Shown here piece by piece: positions 24,860 to 37,400 of a stretch of 64,000 nt of DNA. The stretch comes from Vicugna vicugna (lineage: Eukaryota), in NCBI GenBank assembly GCA_013265495.1, contig MU058384.1:805622-869621 (forward strand). The letters are read 5' to 3'. Each line of letters begins with the position of its first letter. Position 1 is the first letter of the stretch. The notes below the pieces were generated by a model. That model saw only the letters and a list, made by a program, of their open reading frames with translations, was not told the DNA's origin and did no database searches. A program made the translations under genes and the position numbers.

Positions 24860-27760
24860 TTAGTAGTTACCCTAGAAACTGCAACATGCATCTTTAAGTT
24901 ATAAAAAAAAATCTAATGTTAATCTGTATCTTAGCCTCATCTTGGACATTCCAAGAAATTTATATTGAGGTAAATAAAACTTTACTGCCCTTCCATCATA
25001 TATGATATTTGTGTCATATATTTTTATTCCATATATTTTATTATCATTTTATATATACCCAAAGTTCATTTGAATTTATCCTCCTTTTGAGCTTTTGTTT
25101 TCATTTTTGCTCAAAAAGTTGGTAAAATGAATAGTAAGATTCCAAAATGAGTTAATAAGTTAATTTTCTTTCTGTCTAACAATTTTTGTGTTTTGTTTTG
25201 TTTTTTATCTAAAAATATCTTTTTTCAGCCCTCTTCCTTAGGATATTTTGTTGGGTATAGAATTCCACATGCCAGTTTTTTTTCTTTTTTCCTTCAGTAT
25301 ATTGGGACTACCTATCACTAGTTTCTAGCATCCATTGTTGATATAGAAAGTCGACTGTCCTTTGAATAAAATTTGTATTTTTGTCTATGTGTTTCCAAGG
25401 TATTTCTATCTTGTTTTTATTATAATTTGACAATGGTATTTCTAGTTGTATTTGTCTTTCTTTCTTGGAATTCTTAGGCATATTGAATGTTTAAATTAAT
25501 ATCTTTCAAGCATCTGTAAAATTCTCACTTAAATCTGGAAATAGTGTTCTCCACTTCATTCTCTTCCATTTTGTAAATCAATTAAATATATGTTTGAATT
25601 CTCGCTAGATATTCTGTTTCTTTTAACTGGACTTCTGCTTTTTTCATATTTAAAGTTTGTTTTTTTAGAGTAGTTTTAGGTTCACAGCAAAATTAAGAAG
25701 AAGGTACAGAGAGTTCCCAAATACTCCCTGCCACCCACATGCATAGCCTCCTCCATTATTAACATCCCCCAATGAGTGATACACTTGTTACAATTGATAA
25801 ACCTATATTGACACATTGTTATCACTCCAAATCCATTGGTTACATTATGGTTCATTCTTGGTGTTGTACATTCTATGGATTTGGACAAATGTATGACATG
25901 TATCCACGGTTATAATATAACAGAGAATATTTTCATTGCCCTAAAAAATCCCCTGTGCTCTACCTATTTATCCCTCTCCCCTCAACCCCTGGCAACCACT
26001 GATCTTTTTGAATATCTTCACAGCTTGCCTTTTTCCGGAGTATTATATAGTTGGAATTATATAGTATATAGCCTCTTTAGATTGGCTTCTTTCACTTAGT
26101 AATATGCGTTTAAGATTTCTCTATGTCTTTTCATGGCTTAATAGCTTATTTCTTTTGAATGCTGAATAATTTTCCATTGTCGGGGTGTCCCACGGTTTGT
26201 TTATCCATTCACCTACTGAAAAATGTCTAGATTGTTTCCAAGTTCTGGGAATTGTGAATAAAGCTTCTATAAACATCATTGTGTAGGTTTTTGTATGAAT
26301 ATAAAATCTAACTCCTTTGAATATATATCAAGGAGAATGATTACTAGATTGTGTGAAGAGTATGTTTGTAAGAAATCACCAATCTGTCTTCCAAAATTGG
26401 TCTACCATTTTGCCTTCCCACCAGCAATGAACAAGAGTTCCTGTTGCTTCACATTTTTGCTGGCATTCAGTGTTGCCAGTGTTCCAGATTTTGGGCATTC
26501 TAATATGTGTGTAGGCGTGTCTAATTATTTTAATTTGCATTTCCCAGATAGCATATGAAGTAGAACACCTTATCACATGCTTACATGCCATCTGTATTTC
26601 TTCTTTGGTGAGGTGTCTGTTAAGGTCTTTGGTCTAATTTTGAGTTGTTTCTTTCAATTTTTGTTGAGTGTTAAAGAATTCTTTGTGTACTTTTGATAAC
26701 AGTTCTTTATCAGATGTGTCTTTAACAAATATTTTCTCCCCATGTGTGGCTTGTCTTCTCATTCTCTTGATATAATATTCCTCCTTTGATAGCTTCAGGC
26801 TCCATTCTGGACAATTTTTACTGATCTGTTATCTAGTTTCTTATTTCTCTCCTTAGCTGTTTCTAATTTGGGGTAACATCTGTCCATCAGATCCAAAATT
26901 GCCTCATTTTATTTTTCATTGCTAGAATTTCTATTTGGTTCCTTTTGAAATCTGCTTTCCATGTACTCTGAAATTTTTTTTTCAAGAGTTTCTTTTATTT
27001 CTTTAACCATAGAAATGACAGTTGTTTTACAATCTCCACCTGATACACTCAAGATACGATTTTTAAAAATCGATTATATGTTACATTTTCTGTCTCATTC
27101 ATGGTGTCTTGTTTCCATAAGAGCTTGGTTTTCTTTGCTTGTTGGAGTCATTTGTTTTATTTTAAAATGTATTGTAGGAGTGAAATGTATCAAATACATT
27201 ATAGCAGTAAGAAAGTTAAGATAGTTCACTCCTCCTTCACAAAAGATAATCTTTTGTTTCTGTAAGGGGCCTGGGGATGTTTCTTGTCTTACTTTAACTT
27301 ACAGTCAAGGCTTAAGATTTCCTTCATCCCTTCAACAGATGCAAAGGTGAGCAGTGGACACTGATTTATTTTAGGCCTTTCTTTCCTCTAAAAGGTTATC
27401 CCTTTGCGGTCACAGCCTTGTGTCTCATTTTAGTTCACTGAATAATTTAAAATCAGTATCTTACTTATTTTACAAAGTCCTCAACTTGTTAAAACTTGGG
27501 CTTCCACTTTCATTTTTTAGGCAACGAGGCCACTAAAAGTGCATCTCAAATTCCCAGCTCTTTTTACTGATTGGCAAGTGCCCTGAAAATACCAACAATG
27601 GTGTTTGTGCTTGGCTTTCCCAATATTTTGGCCTAGAGATTTCTCAACTTCTTCAAAGTTCTTAAACTGTTTTTTAGAGCGATTTCATCCAGCACTTTTA
27701 ATCACCCTAAGCCGGAAGGCTGGTCCTAACCACTGGGCCCATCATTACAGGAAGCAGGAT
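24860..27760 (-). mobile_element. Ancient L1M/HAL1-like element interrupted by the L1MC insertion
   Basis: T-rich antisense L1 ORF1-region-like sequence on both sides of 25650-26770: 'ggatattttgttgggtatagaattc', 'tgctagaatttctatttggttccttttgaaatctgc'. Confidence 0.55.
25650..26770 (-). mobile_element. L1MC1-like 3' end
   Basis: Begins 'ttttagagtagttttaggttcacagcaaaatt...gtacagagagttccc'. Includes 'ggttcattcttggtgttgtacattctatggatttggacaaatgtat' and runs into antisense ORF2. Confidence 0.88.
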
Positions 27761-27877
27761 CTGTGTTATAGAAAAGACCACTTGCTGTAACGGTCCTCAT
27801 ACACGTGCACTCTGAAATGCATTACAGGTAAATTGACAGACAGACGTAGGGAACGTTAGCCTCCCTCAGAATTCAGG

Positions 27878-28213
27878 GCAGTTATTATTAGGTAAAGATG
27901 AAATTGGGCAAGCAGAGAAAGCACAATTTGAGACAAGCAAACTATGATGAACTATAGACAAGTGTGAGGGGACAAGGGAAGGTTAGCTTTTATTAGGTCC
28001 TGGGAGGAAACTGGGGAAGGCTGTTTTGAACAACTGGAGGAGAATGAGAGTTCAGAATTGTGGCAGTTTCACATTGGTTGTAAGTGATGGGCATTTTGCT
28101 GTTACTGAGGAATGCAGAAACCTTCTTTATTCCGGCTAAGCTGATATGAGAGCTCTTTCTTCATAGCTTCCTAACCCCATTTTAAAACAGATTTCCTCTT
28201 ATCCATTTTCACA
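27878..28213 (-). mobile_element. 3' LTR of a class I (ERV1) provirus
   Basis: On the minus strand the LTR starts TGTGAAA at 28213, immediately after the polypurine tract AAAAAGAGGAAA (28214-28225). TATA-like 'taataaaagc' near 27990. Distal end approximate. Confidence 0.7.
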
Positions 28214-28509
28214 TTTCCTCTTTTTGATCAAGATCTTTCTCTGAAAGCATCATTGATCAAGCTTCAGGTCATTTGTTTTGGTTGAAATAATTTTTGTCTG
28301 AGTTCCTTGGTGCTGGAAAGGATCTTTCCTGGAAGTCACACCCCACATGGAGGAGGAAAGAGCAAGTAGCAGCCACAAACCAAAACGGCCGCAAGGAAGG
28401 CAGAAGGAGGGACTCTCAGGCATCTTCCATTCTTAATTTCATATTTTGTCAAGGTTATAAGCCACCTTGGGTTGGATATTGGAGACCATCTCAAAGTGAT
28501 GCGCTAACG

Positions 28510-29720
28510 TCATTTTTCTGTTAGTACATTATTTCTGCAGATATTTGACAGGCAAGAGATACAAAGTTTAAAAATGATTATGTAATGCATAATGAAAAGC
28601 AATATGAAAGATCTAGTTTCTGTAATTGTCCTGAGCCATGAACCTAGGCTTGAGGTCAGCCAACTGAACAAATCAAAGGACCATGGGGAATCAAGTGGAA
28701 CTTGGTGTAACCAGAGTATTTGTTCACTATTTTTATGCAATTGCATTTCTACTTCCCCAGAGGAACATGTCCTTATGCAATAAGTGGTATTTGCTACCGT
28801 GCATGCATCACCTTGTTCTGCTAGGAGGTTAAGGACAATGTGATTATCTAATATCACCTTAGCTAAAGAGTCTGATGACCTGGGTAGCTATTGCTTTAGC
28901 GGTAGAGTCAGCTACATTACCTAGGGTAATAGAGAAATTTCTAAGTGTGTGCTTGTTGGTGTGTACACTGAGCCAAAGAAGAAGTAAAGATCTGCCAAAG
29001 GAGGCGAGCCCAGAGTCGTAGACCCCATTGGGTAGTTCACATTTTGTTCTTTGATGTAGGCCTAAGTGGTTGGTCCAGTGATCAGTTTTGGATTGGTTAG
29101 GAATGGACAGCGGAACAGCTAGATATCCTAACAAGTATTGTACTCCCATTTACCATCTGGACATTCAAGGGCCCATAGATGATCCCACCCTCCACAAAAG
29201 ATGATGAAGTCAGATAGGGTGCAGAGAACTTCAGCTAAGTTGGTATTTTCTATTTAGGTGCAGAGCATTCAAGGAGGTTTAAGAGCCTTTTCTGAAGGCT
29301 CTACAAAGTTTATCCCTGTGATGTTCTCTTTTGGTTAATTTGGTCAGGCAGCATTAAAATACAGAAAAAATGAGAGGGGTGAAAATATAGTACTATAGCA
29401 AAAAAGGTTTTATTCAACTGAGCCTTCACAGGGATAACCGAAGACAGAAACAGGGCACTGGAAGATCTGTCTGCAAGTGTCTTAATCTGACATCAAGGGG
29501 ATACTGGGTGAAATTAGCAGTGGCATTAGGGAGAAATAAAAAGTTTGTGCAGGATGGGCAAAAGGGTCACTGTTGGTACGTACAGATCAGAGTTGCTGGT
29601 GGCAACACAACAATCAGATAAGCTTCCCACTTTTGCAATAGATTGAAGAATGTGGATAAACAGTGTCTTTCCAAGAAAGAGAGGGAGAAAATAAAGTAAG
29701 AAACAACAGTGAGAAAAAGT
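28510..29720 (-). pseudogene. Decayed gamma-type (class I ERV) env
   Basis: Fragments translate to LQSIAKVGSLSDC (SU N-terminus, disrupted CxxC), CTLSDFIIFCG..WALEC, RTK(C) cleavage site, RNFSITLGNVADSTAKAIA (heptad), DSLAKVILDNHIVLNLLAEQGDACTVANTTYC (ISD plus CX6CC-like) and a hydrophobic anchor. Several frameshifts. Confidence 0.9.
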
Positions 29721-29729
29721 TATTACAGG

Positions 29730-29950
29730 CCTGATCTAGTCATCTCGGAAGAGCTGTCTCCTCCAGCTGCCGTCTGTTCTAATTCTTGGAAATCTTTACT
29801 TCTAGGTCACCCGTTGGTGTGCAGATCCAGTCAGGGTTGGTGCTTTCTTTAGATGTGACACGTGGATCCAAGGGTCCAGCACAGTGGTAGGAGCCCTCCC
29901 AATGAAGTTCACCATTTATTTGGTCAGTATTTGAACTTGAGGTGCACAGA
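29730..29950 (-). pseudogene. ERV1 integrase C-terminal remnant
   Basis: Minus strand reads HWEGSY (GPY-like motif) and DPWIHVSHLRK, the WIHxSxxK motif at the end of gammaretroviral integrase, directly upstream of env. Confidence 0.75.
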
Positions 29951-29959
29951 ACCACACAG

Positions 29960-31030
29960 AAAGTACTCTGTTGTGTCTGACATCTCTAGGGTCCAGCTTC
30001 TAAGTCATAGAAGGATACTCCCTGTTACAAGTTCAAGGTGCTGCACCCAGTAACTCTTTCCACTTCGTAAGAGACTGAATCCTTGATGAACTACTTCAAA
30101 TTCTTCGAAGTTTCAGTGAAATCCAGAGAACATGATAATTGTCCAATTTGTCCAGGTAGTAATGTGAATGACTCTACCTCTTACTCTTAAACCACAGCAG
30201 GTCAAATGCTGCTGGAAGTGACTGAGGCTGCGCTGAACGTTTTTAGAGCCTGTTTGCTGCCTCAGCAAGAATCACAGCAATGTCAGTAGGGCTTTGGCAG
30301 GAAGCGACACTAGGCTTACTAATGGGTTTACGTGAACAAAGTGGCCATGGAGGCAGGGTAAGAGATTGTGTTTGGTTCGACATTATGAACCTGTCCTCTC
30401 TAAGACTAACCTGAATGTGGCCACTGCTTGGCCAGAGCAGAACCATCCCAGACCTTCTAACACGATGTCATACTCTAGGAGAAACCGTCCTGCCATATGT
30501 GGCAGGTTAATTACACCAGATTCTTTCATCATGGAATGGTCAGTAACTTGTCTTCCTTGAAATAAACACTTATGGTGGAAAAATGTATTTCTTTCTGTCC
30601 ACAGAAATAATGACAGCAACACCAACAGTGGCTTCCTTGCATATAATTTTCACTATAATGAAATCCTGTCACAGGATCGATTCCTTGCTAAAAACAAAAA
30701 CAAAAAAACAACAACAAAAACCCCCCTAATTTTACCACAAACAAGTAAGACACTGTACTGATGCTCATGGGATTCACTAGTCTTACTATGGACTCAAGTT
30801 CCCAAAAGTAACCAGCTGTATAGAGAGGTGAAATAAACTATTGCACTTCAGACATTTCTTCAGCTAGGGGAGATCACACTGAAAATTGTCTGCAGTGTTG
30901 TCATTCACAAGGGAGGAGGTGCTGTGGTCCAGCAACCAACCTGTGGTGCTGTTTCTCACACTGATGTAATATGTGGTCCTGAAAACCAAGAAGCATAAGG
31001 GTGGGTAGAGTTTCTTACTGTGATAATTAA
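29960..31030 (+). mobile_element. ERV-L (class III) internal pol remnant, mostly integrase
   Basis: Plus strand encodes EQSGHGGR (about 30333), LSKTNLNVATA, a WQVNY-like segment and AHGIH*SY (about 30763). These match recalled ERV-L pol motifs HEQSGHGGRD / LTKADLATATA / WQVDY / AHGIHWSY. Heavily decayed. Confidence 0.8.
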
Positions 31031-31049
31031 AATACTGATACTTAATCGT

Positions 31050-32170
31050 AAAGAATCTTGAATACTACACTAGATAGTTTGAAATGTGTCCTGTAGGCCA
31101 TAACAAATCATTAAAGGTTAAGAAGATTGTGAATGACTTGGGTATCAGGGGAAAATGTGGCCTGGAAACCAGTTGGAAAGCTAATGGAATGGTCCAACAC
31201 AGACTGCTAAGAGCTTGGACTAATGCCATGGCATCAGAAAGGGTGAAGAGAGGATAGATTCCTACAGATTGTATTAGTAAGGCTTATGACAGTATATGTT
31301 AAAAAGGAGAAAAAAATTTTAAGATGATTTTAGTCTTTTAGATACCGTTTAGGTTTTAGGTTTAGGAGCCGCACATTTTAGTTATAACACTTTGGTTTGT
31401 GTTTCTGCATTATATATAGCCCCAGACATTGGGGGAATGGCTTAAAATATTAAAACACAATAAAAATAACTGCAATTATGTGCAACATCAATGCTTCTTA
31501 GAAACAACTCAGTTTGGACTGAAAAATAAGACACAAAAGACTGGACCCAGTATGATACCACAATTAAAAAACACAAATGTAAAAGTTACTTAGGAATATG
31601 TGAATAGGTTTTTTTTTTAAAGTACCATATTAATGATAAACACAAAATACAGGGTAGTAATTATCTTCAGGTGAGAAAATAGCAAGGTGGAATCGGGGAA
31701 AAGCCTGGATTCAGTGGAGTGAGCAATACTGTGTGTCTTAGGAAGGGCTACGGTTTCACGGATATTTATGTGTTCATCACGTGTATTCTGCACTACGTTT
31801 AAATAACACATAATGACATAACTTACAAAAGAATATTTCATCAGAGTCAAAAGAAAGTGAAGATGGAGACCTAGATCTGGAGATACTAAGCACATAGCTG
31901 ACAGCTTTATACATGGGAGTAGATGGAATTTTCTTTAGAGAGAACACAAGCAAGGAGGAGGATGAACACAGTGTTCCAGAAATGGCACCTGTAATGGCCG
32001 AAGAGAGGAGTCAAAAAGCGAAGGAGTTGGTGAGAAAGCCGGAAAGCTCAGAGTAAATCATATCTTGAAGAGAAGGGAATAGAAATTCTAGGGTCATCAA
32101 CAGTGCAAGATGAAGCAGAGAGCTCAAGCTGTAGACATAGCCATCGGATTTATCAGTTAACAGGTGTGCT
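31050..32170 (-). mobile_element. L2 fragments, with a plus-strand L1ME 3' piece at about 31560-31830
   Basis: 'cctggaaaccagttggaaagct...gagcttggactaatgccatggca', 'gagatggagacctagatctggagatactaagcacatag'. Confidence 0.55.
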
Positions 32171-32263
32171 GACTCATGTGTTGGCTGTGCTACAGCTTAA
32201 GGAATGCGGCAAGTAATCCGAGCAGCTCACGCAGATGTACATAAAGAATTCCATGTTTACAGT

Positions 32264-32666
32264 TATATTAGCTTTGTAGGGCTGCCATAGCAGACTGGGT
32301 GGTTTAAATAACAGAAAGTTATTTCTCACAGTTCTGATGTCTGGAAGTTCAAGGTCAAGGCGTCCGCAGGTTAGGTTTCCTCTGAGGCCTCTCCCCTTGA
32401 CCTGCAGATGGCCACCTTCTCTCTTTCTGTCACACATTCTTGGTCTTTCTTCTGTCACACATTCTTGGGTGTCTCTTGGTGAGTCCTAGTCTCTCTTTTT
32501 ATAATGACATTAGTTGGCTTGGGTTAGGGGCCACCTGAAAGGTGTCATTTGAACTTAATCACCCCTTTCAAGGCCTCATCTCTAAATAAAGTCACATTCT
32601 GAGGTCCTGGGGGTTGGGGCTTCCACATGTGAATGGTGGGGGCAGGGCACAATTCAGCCCATAACA
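32264..32666 (-). mobile_element. MLT1A/MLT1B-like MaLR solo LTR
   Basis: 'ctgggtggtttaaataacagaaagttatttctcacagttctg...ggaagttcaaggtcaagg', ending 'cacaattcagcccataaca'. Internal duplication ttctgtcacacattcttgg at 32425 and 32450. Confidence 0.9.
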
Positions 32667-34426
32667 GCGATCTTATTTCAGATATGTCCAGATTTCTTAA
32701 AGAATCAGCTTGTTATTTACTAATCCTATCAAGTAACAATGCTTCCAACAATTGGGCTTATTCCTGTTCTGGCTTCTGATGCCTTATAACACAGTCACCC
32801 AATTCCTATCACTGGTAACTATTCAATTAATAGGGACTGAAAGACCTCTGAAGTGATCTTTAAGAAAGCATCCTGCATCCTGTATCCAACACATCTCACA
32901 AATGGCCTAAATATGATACCTGAAGGGCATGTATAGAAATTGTCATACTTGCTGTTCTCAGCTCTTCTTTCCCGAACTGTGAACATTTACTTTCTTCTGT
33001 TTGAGGGACATATTGGTCTGTGAGTGTGCTGAGGGTGGGGCGTACAGATAAAGCATCCTTAATAGGTACCCTGAGCATCCAAGATGGTTGCCCTGCAGTG
33101 CAGGACACTGAAGCAGAGGAGAAACTGCACATCATTATAAATTCAGAGCCTAAAAGCACATCCCAGCTGAGTCAAATTAACTTCCCATTGTCACGTAAAG
33201 CATGGTATAGTGACAGTTGAATAAAACTCTTAATGGGAAGAATGTATTATATCAGCTTGGCTAGGATTACATGAAAATTTAATTTTAGGTTCAAAGCCTG
33301 GATGGAAAAATAAATGTAATTAGAGATTAATATGAATCTGCTGGTAATATTCTCATAGTTACTACTGTCAGAGACACAAAGAATGTACAATAATCACTAA
33401 AGTATGTATTTGAATCCAGAGTTTGAGGCTGGGGAGACTTTTTCCCCAGTTAGCTTTGATTTTCTGAAGGCCAGAGAAGATTTGGGCCGACTTGATGTAC
33501 TGGATTCCAGACAAGTCATCCACCAGTTTTGAAATGAGCGATAGGCCTGTCTGTGGAGAAAGTCTGGCCAGCGACTGGGAAGAGAAGAAAAGCACGAAGA
33601 GGAAGAAAATTAGCACATGACAATTCTAAGGAAGGAAACCGAAAACATGAAGTATTTTTAGATACTTAACATATTAAAATTATGTTAATTCGTTGAAGTC
33701 ACTCTCAGGGGTTTTATGAGTCAGAGAGGAATAATTTCCTTCCTCTTTTGGTAAAAATGTCAGTCAAACCTGGAAAGTGGTGTTGACCAGCTGACAAGTT
33801 ACTGGAACCCCTATGCTAGGCCTCTGTTTTTTCCTATTGTTCCTCTCTGTTCTTTTCCTGTCTTCTCCATTGTTTTCCAGTATGACCTTAGGCAATTTAC
33901 TTAATCCTTAATTTCTCTGCCAAACAAGAATCATTCCAATTGTTCCTCTGCAGCCTAATTTTCACTTACAACATTATTAGGTACATCCATGCTATGTTAT
34001 GTATGAAGACTATGGAAAAGTGAACCAAAAACAACGATAACGAAACTTCCAAAGTAAAATATATCATTTCTTTTTACAAGAAGTTCATAGTCAAAAAGAG
34101 GGGAAAAAATACAGGTCTGTGCCTATTTTAAAAGAGTCTTCCAAGAAATAATGCTCAGCAGAAACAGTTTCTGCCCAGTTTCAAATAGAATGTTCTTGCT
34201 ATGTTTATTGGATGGTTTTCTTTGCATTCTTCATATTTATGTAAATTTCTTGACATCTTATGTGTGTCATATACTCTGCTCTATATTTCTCTTTTAGTAC
34301 GTCCAACGACCATGTAAGCCAGGTATTATTACTTTTAACCTTACAAATGGGGGACTAAATTCTAGAAAAGGTAGTTAACTTACTCTAACTCACATGGCCA
34401 AAATTGCTCTAACTGGAGGAAAATAA

Positions 34427-34450
34427 AAACAAACAAACAAACAAACAAAC
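34427..34450. repeat. (AAAC)6 microsatellite
   Basis: aaacaaacaaacaaacaaacaaac read directly. Confidence 0.9.
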
Positions 34451-37400
34451 AAAACCAGTTTCTATAACCTGCTGCCTAATGCTTTGGCTAGATTTTTTTG
34501 TCTTCATTTTCTTGTTTGGCAAGTGCAAAACGTGTATTCAATCAAATATTTTGGGCCAGCTCAAATGATTTAAAGGACTGAACTATACCTTTTCAGTGTT
34601 TTAACATGAATGAATGAATATGAACTGACATAAACCAATGCATAGCTTCCACCTTCAACTCTTCTGTCATTCCAAAATAAATCCTCTCTTTCTTTGTCTT
34701 TACACATAATTTGCAGAAGGGTGAATAAAGAAGAAAAGGAAACACAATAATTTTAGAATGAAATGTATTCATTGCCCTGTGTGCATATCTTACAACACCA
34801 AGTTTTTCCAGAAATTAAATAAATACTTACACGATTAGATAGTTTTGTATTCCTGGTGCCTAGCAAGGTGTTGTAGATTCTCCCTAAATGTTTATTGGAT
34901 TGACTCAACACTGATAGAAAGTTAAAGGAGGTGCTGAGGGGGAGAAGCACCAACTTTGGTAGAGAAAGACACGTGTATGCATAAGAACAGTTTCCCGGTA
35001 CTGTAAATACCACAAAGAAAGTGGCTTGTGCTAAATGCACAGCAATGCTAATCCCACCATGACTACCACTGTTTTTTGTTTTCAATGCAGTCAAGCAGCT
35101 TTCAAAGGCAAGAAGAGCTTTGCAGCTCCTGGGATGAAGCGTGGGGTCACAACTTTCTAGCACAGCCATCTAATTACACTGAGCATCTGACAAACTCCAG
35201 ACCACTCCCGCACCAACCAGGCGGGCATCAGTCACTCAGGAGGGAATGTAGAGGGTGTGGAGAGTGGGAGCAAAAACTGAAAGTAGCCCTGATCTCAACT
35301 CAAGCCCCGGGGCTTCATTGCTGTGGCTTCAGCACACTGCAGAATTCAGATTGTTCTTTCTTCCTTCCTTATATAGACATGGCACCGTTTCAGAAATAGC
35401 CTGTGCTTTTTTAGACCTTTAAAGACACCATCAATCATTGTCTTCTATGGTAATGCTTCAATTACCCAGGGGGGGAAAAATACAGTGGCCATGGAAGTGA
35501 GGTCCTGATGTGCTGAAAATCCCAACTAAAAAAGGGCAATGTTTGCATATTAGCCACAGAAGCAGCGTAAGAACTGTGATGAACCATTAATAAGCCTCTC
35601 TCATGCTTTCTAAGTATTCAGGAAATGTGCTGCCTGACAGGCCAGATCTTTATAGGATTAGCTTAATGGTTTGTCACTTTCTGCCCTGTGTGCCGCCCTT
35701 CTGCCTTTTTTTATGCTGAACAATATTGCACTGAGCATCCTGTGTGGCCGTACAAGCCCAGTGTTTCTCCATGATAAGCACCCCCATTTTAGGCACTTAC
35801 AGCTCATCCACAGTAAATCACACCCAGCAGAAATGATGCCCTGGGGTCACTACCCTCTAGGTAAATCTTGTCGATTTCTTAATGCCAAGGTGGTTTCGAA
35901 TTGGCCACTCCCAAGTGATCACCCAGAATAATGAATCCCCAGGGGCGCTGCTCCCTCCACTCTGTACAGTCTGTATCTCTGGGAAACGAGGACATGCAAC
36001 ATGCAATGTCATTCTGGAGAGACACACAGGTGCAACATGAGTGCAGCTTCTGTGAGGCTCCCACATGATAGCCAAGGAGTTACAACACAGATTAGGAAAA
36101 AAAAAGCCATAAGACCAAAAAAAAAAAAAAAAATTTATCACATTGAGGTGCTCGCATAACCCACTTCTGCAATGAAGAAATGTATGGGTGTTTATTATTA
36201 AAACAAGCTCTTTTTCTTTAGCTTCTCATGCAAACAAAAGATACCCAGTGTCTATGGAAAACAGTTAATGGAGGTTTTGAATATTTAATGAATAGGAAAT
36301 AGTAAGAGGGCAGGCTTTATCTATTAATATTTTTATTGATACATTTGTGCATACCAACAAAATATACACTGTGGCATCACTTTCAATATGAATGATTTCA
36401 CATTGCAATAAGCCTGTAATTAGAGTTTTCAGATTATCATCTGTGACTGCTTTATGATAAGTACACCAATTCCCTTGAAACATTTGAGGTGCCTCCTGCC
36501 TGCACCGCTGATTTTATGAAGGTTCACAGTCTGTGAATACCATTGCATTTAAACTTGCTTTGTATGCCACGCAAACCCCTCACCTATATCACTGCAAGAT
36601 CACATTAGATTGCTCCTTACTCCTGAACACACAGACACACATTATTTATTGTACTTCAGGGTTTCTTTTTCAATTGTTTTAATTTGCCTCAAGGGATTGA
36701 TAATGGGATAAAGAGCTTTTCGCTACTCAGTCACATATTATGAACCTAGTTTGAGTCTGTAATGACCACTAATGCTTAGTTTGAAAATCTTGTTGTCTGC
36801 ATATCGTTTCCTCTTTGAATTGCCTGTGATTTAAACAAACTGTTTTTTGAATATTACAAAGTGTTTTTCATGGTAATAACGTTTTGAATTTTAATGATTA
36901 GCTGGAAAATTGTATAGTGATGATTCACTCTGTTTTAGACCCTGCTGATTTATCTTCTTTAAATTGTGAAATTAGTGTGAGATAATTAACCCACATCATA
37001 TAAGCATATATGTCATTAAGATCATTTGACTAGACAAAGCTAACCACAGCTCAGTATCTCTCCCAACACAATGTACTATGAACAAGCTTAGCTCTCTACT
37101 AAAAACTAAAGTACTAAAAGTCTTTGCTAAACACAAAAATACTAAAATATGTTTGAATGGCATTCAAAAAAATCAGTACTGTTTAGCAGGGGGCTGATAC
37201 AAGAGTTTATGATCACATAGCATTTGTAAGACAATCAAACTGGATTTCACATAACAGATAGACTGCTGCAGATGTAGGTCTATAGAAATAGATGATTAAT
37301 AGATGGAAGGACAGTAATGTAGCACTCTCTCATGATTTTGGGATGTATAAACCCATGGGAAAAAATCCCAGGAATATATCAACACTTAAATATAGAAATA

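Noticed and set aside
28510..29149. Functional syncytin-like gene
   Set aside because: Frameshifts, a mutated furin site and CX6CC, and a shortened SU mean it cannot encode an intact Env.
35936..35950. CTCF site (ccccaggggcgctg)
   Set aside because: One base short in the G-run and mismatched at the 5' core relative to CCASYAGRKGGCRS.
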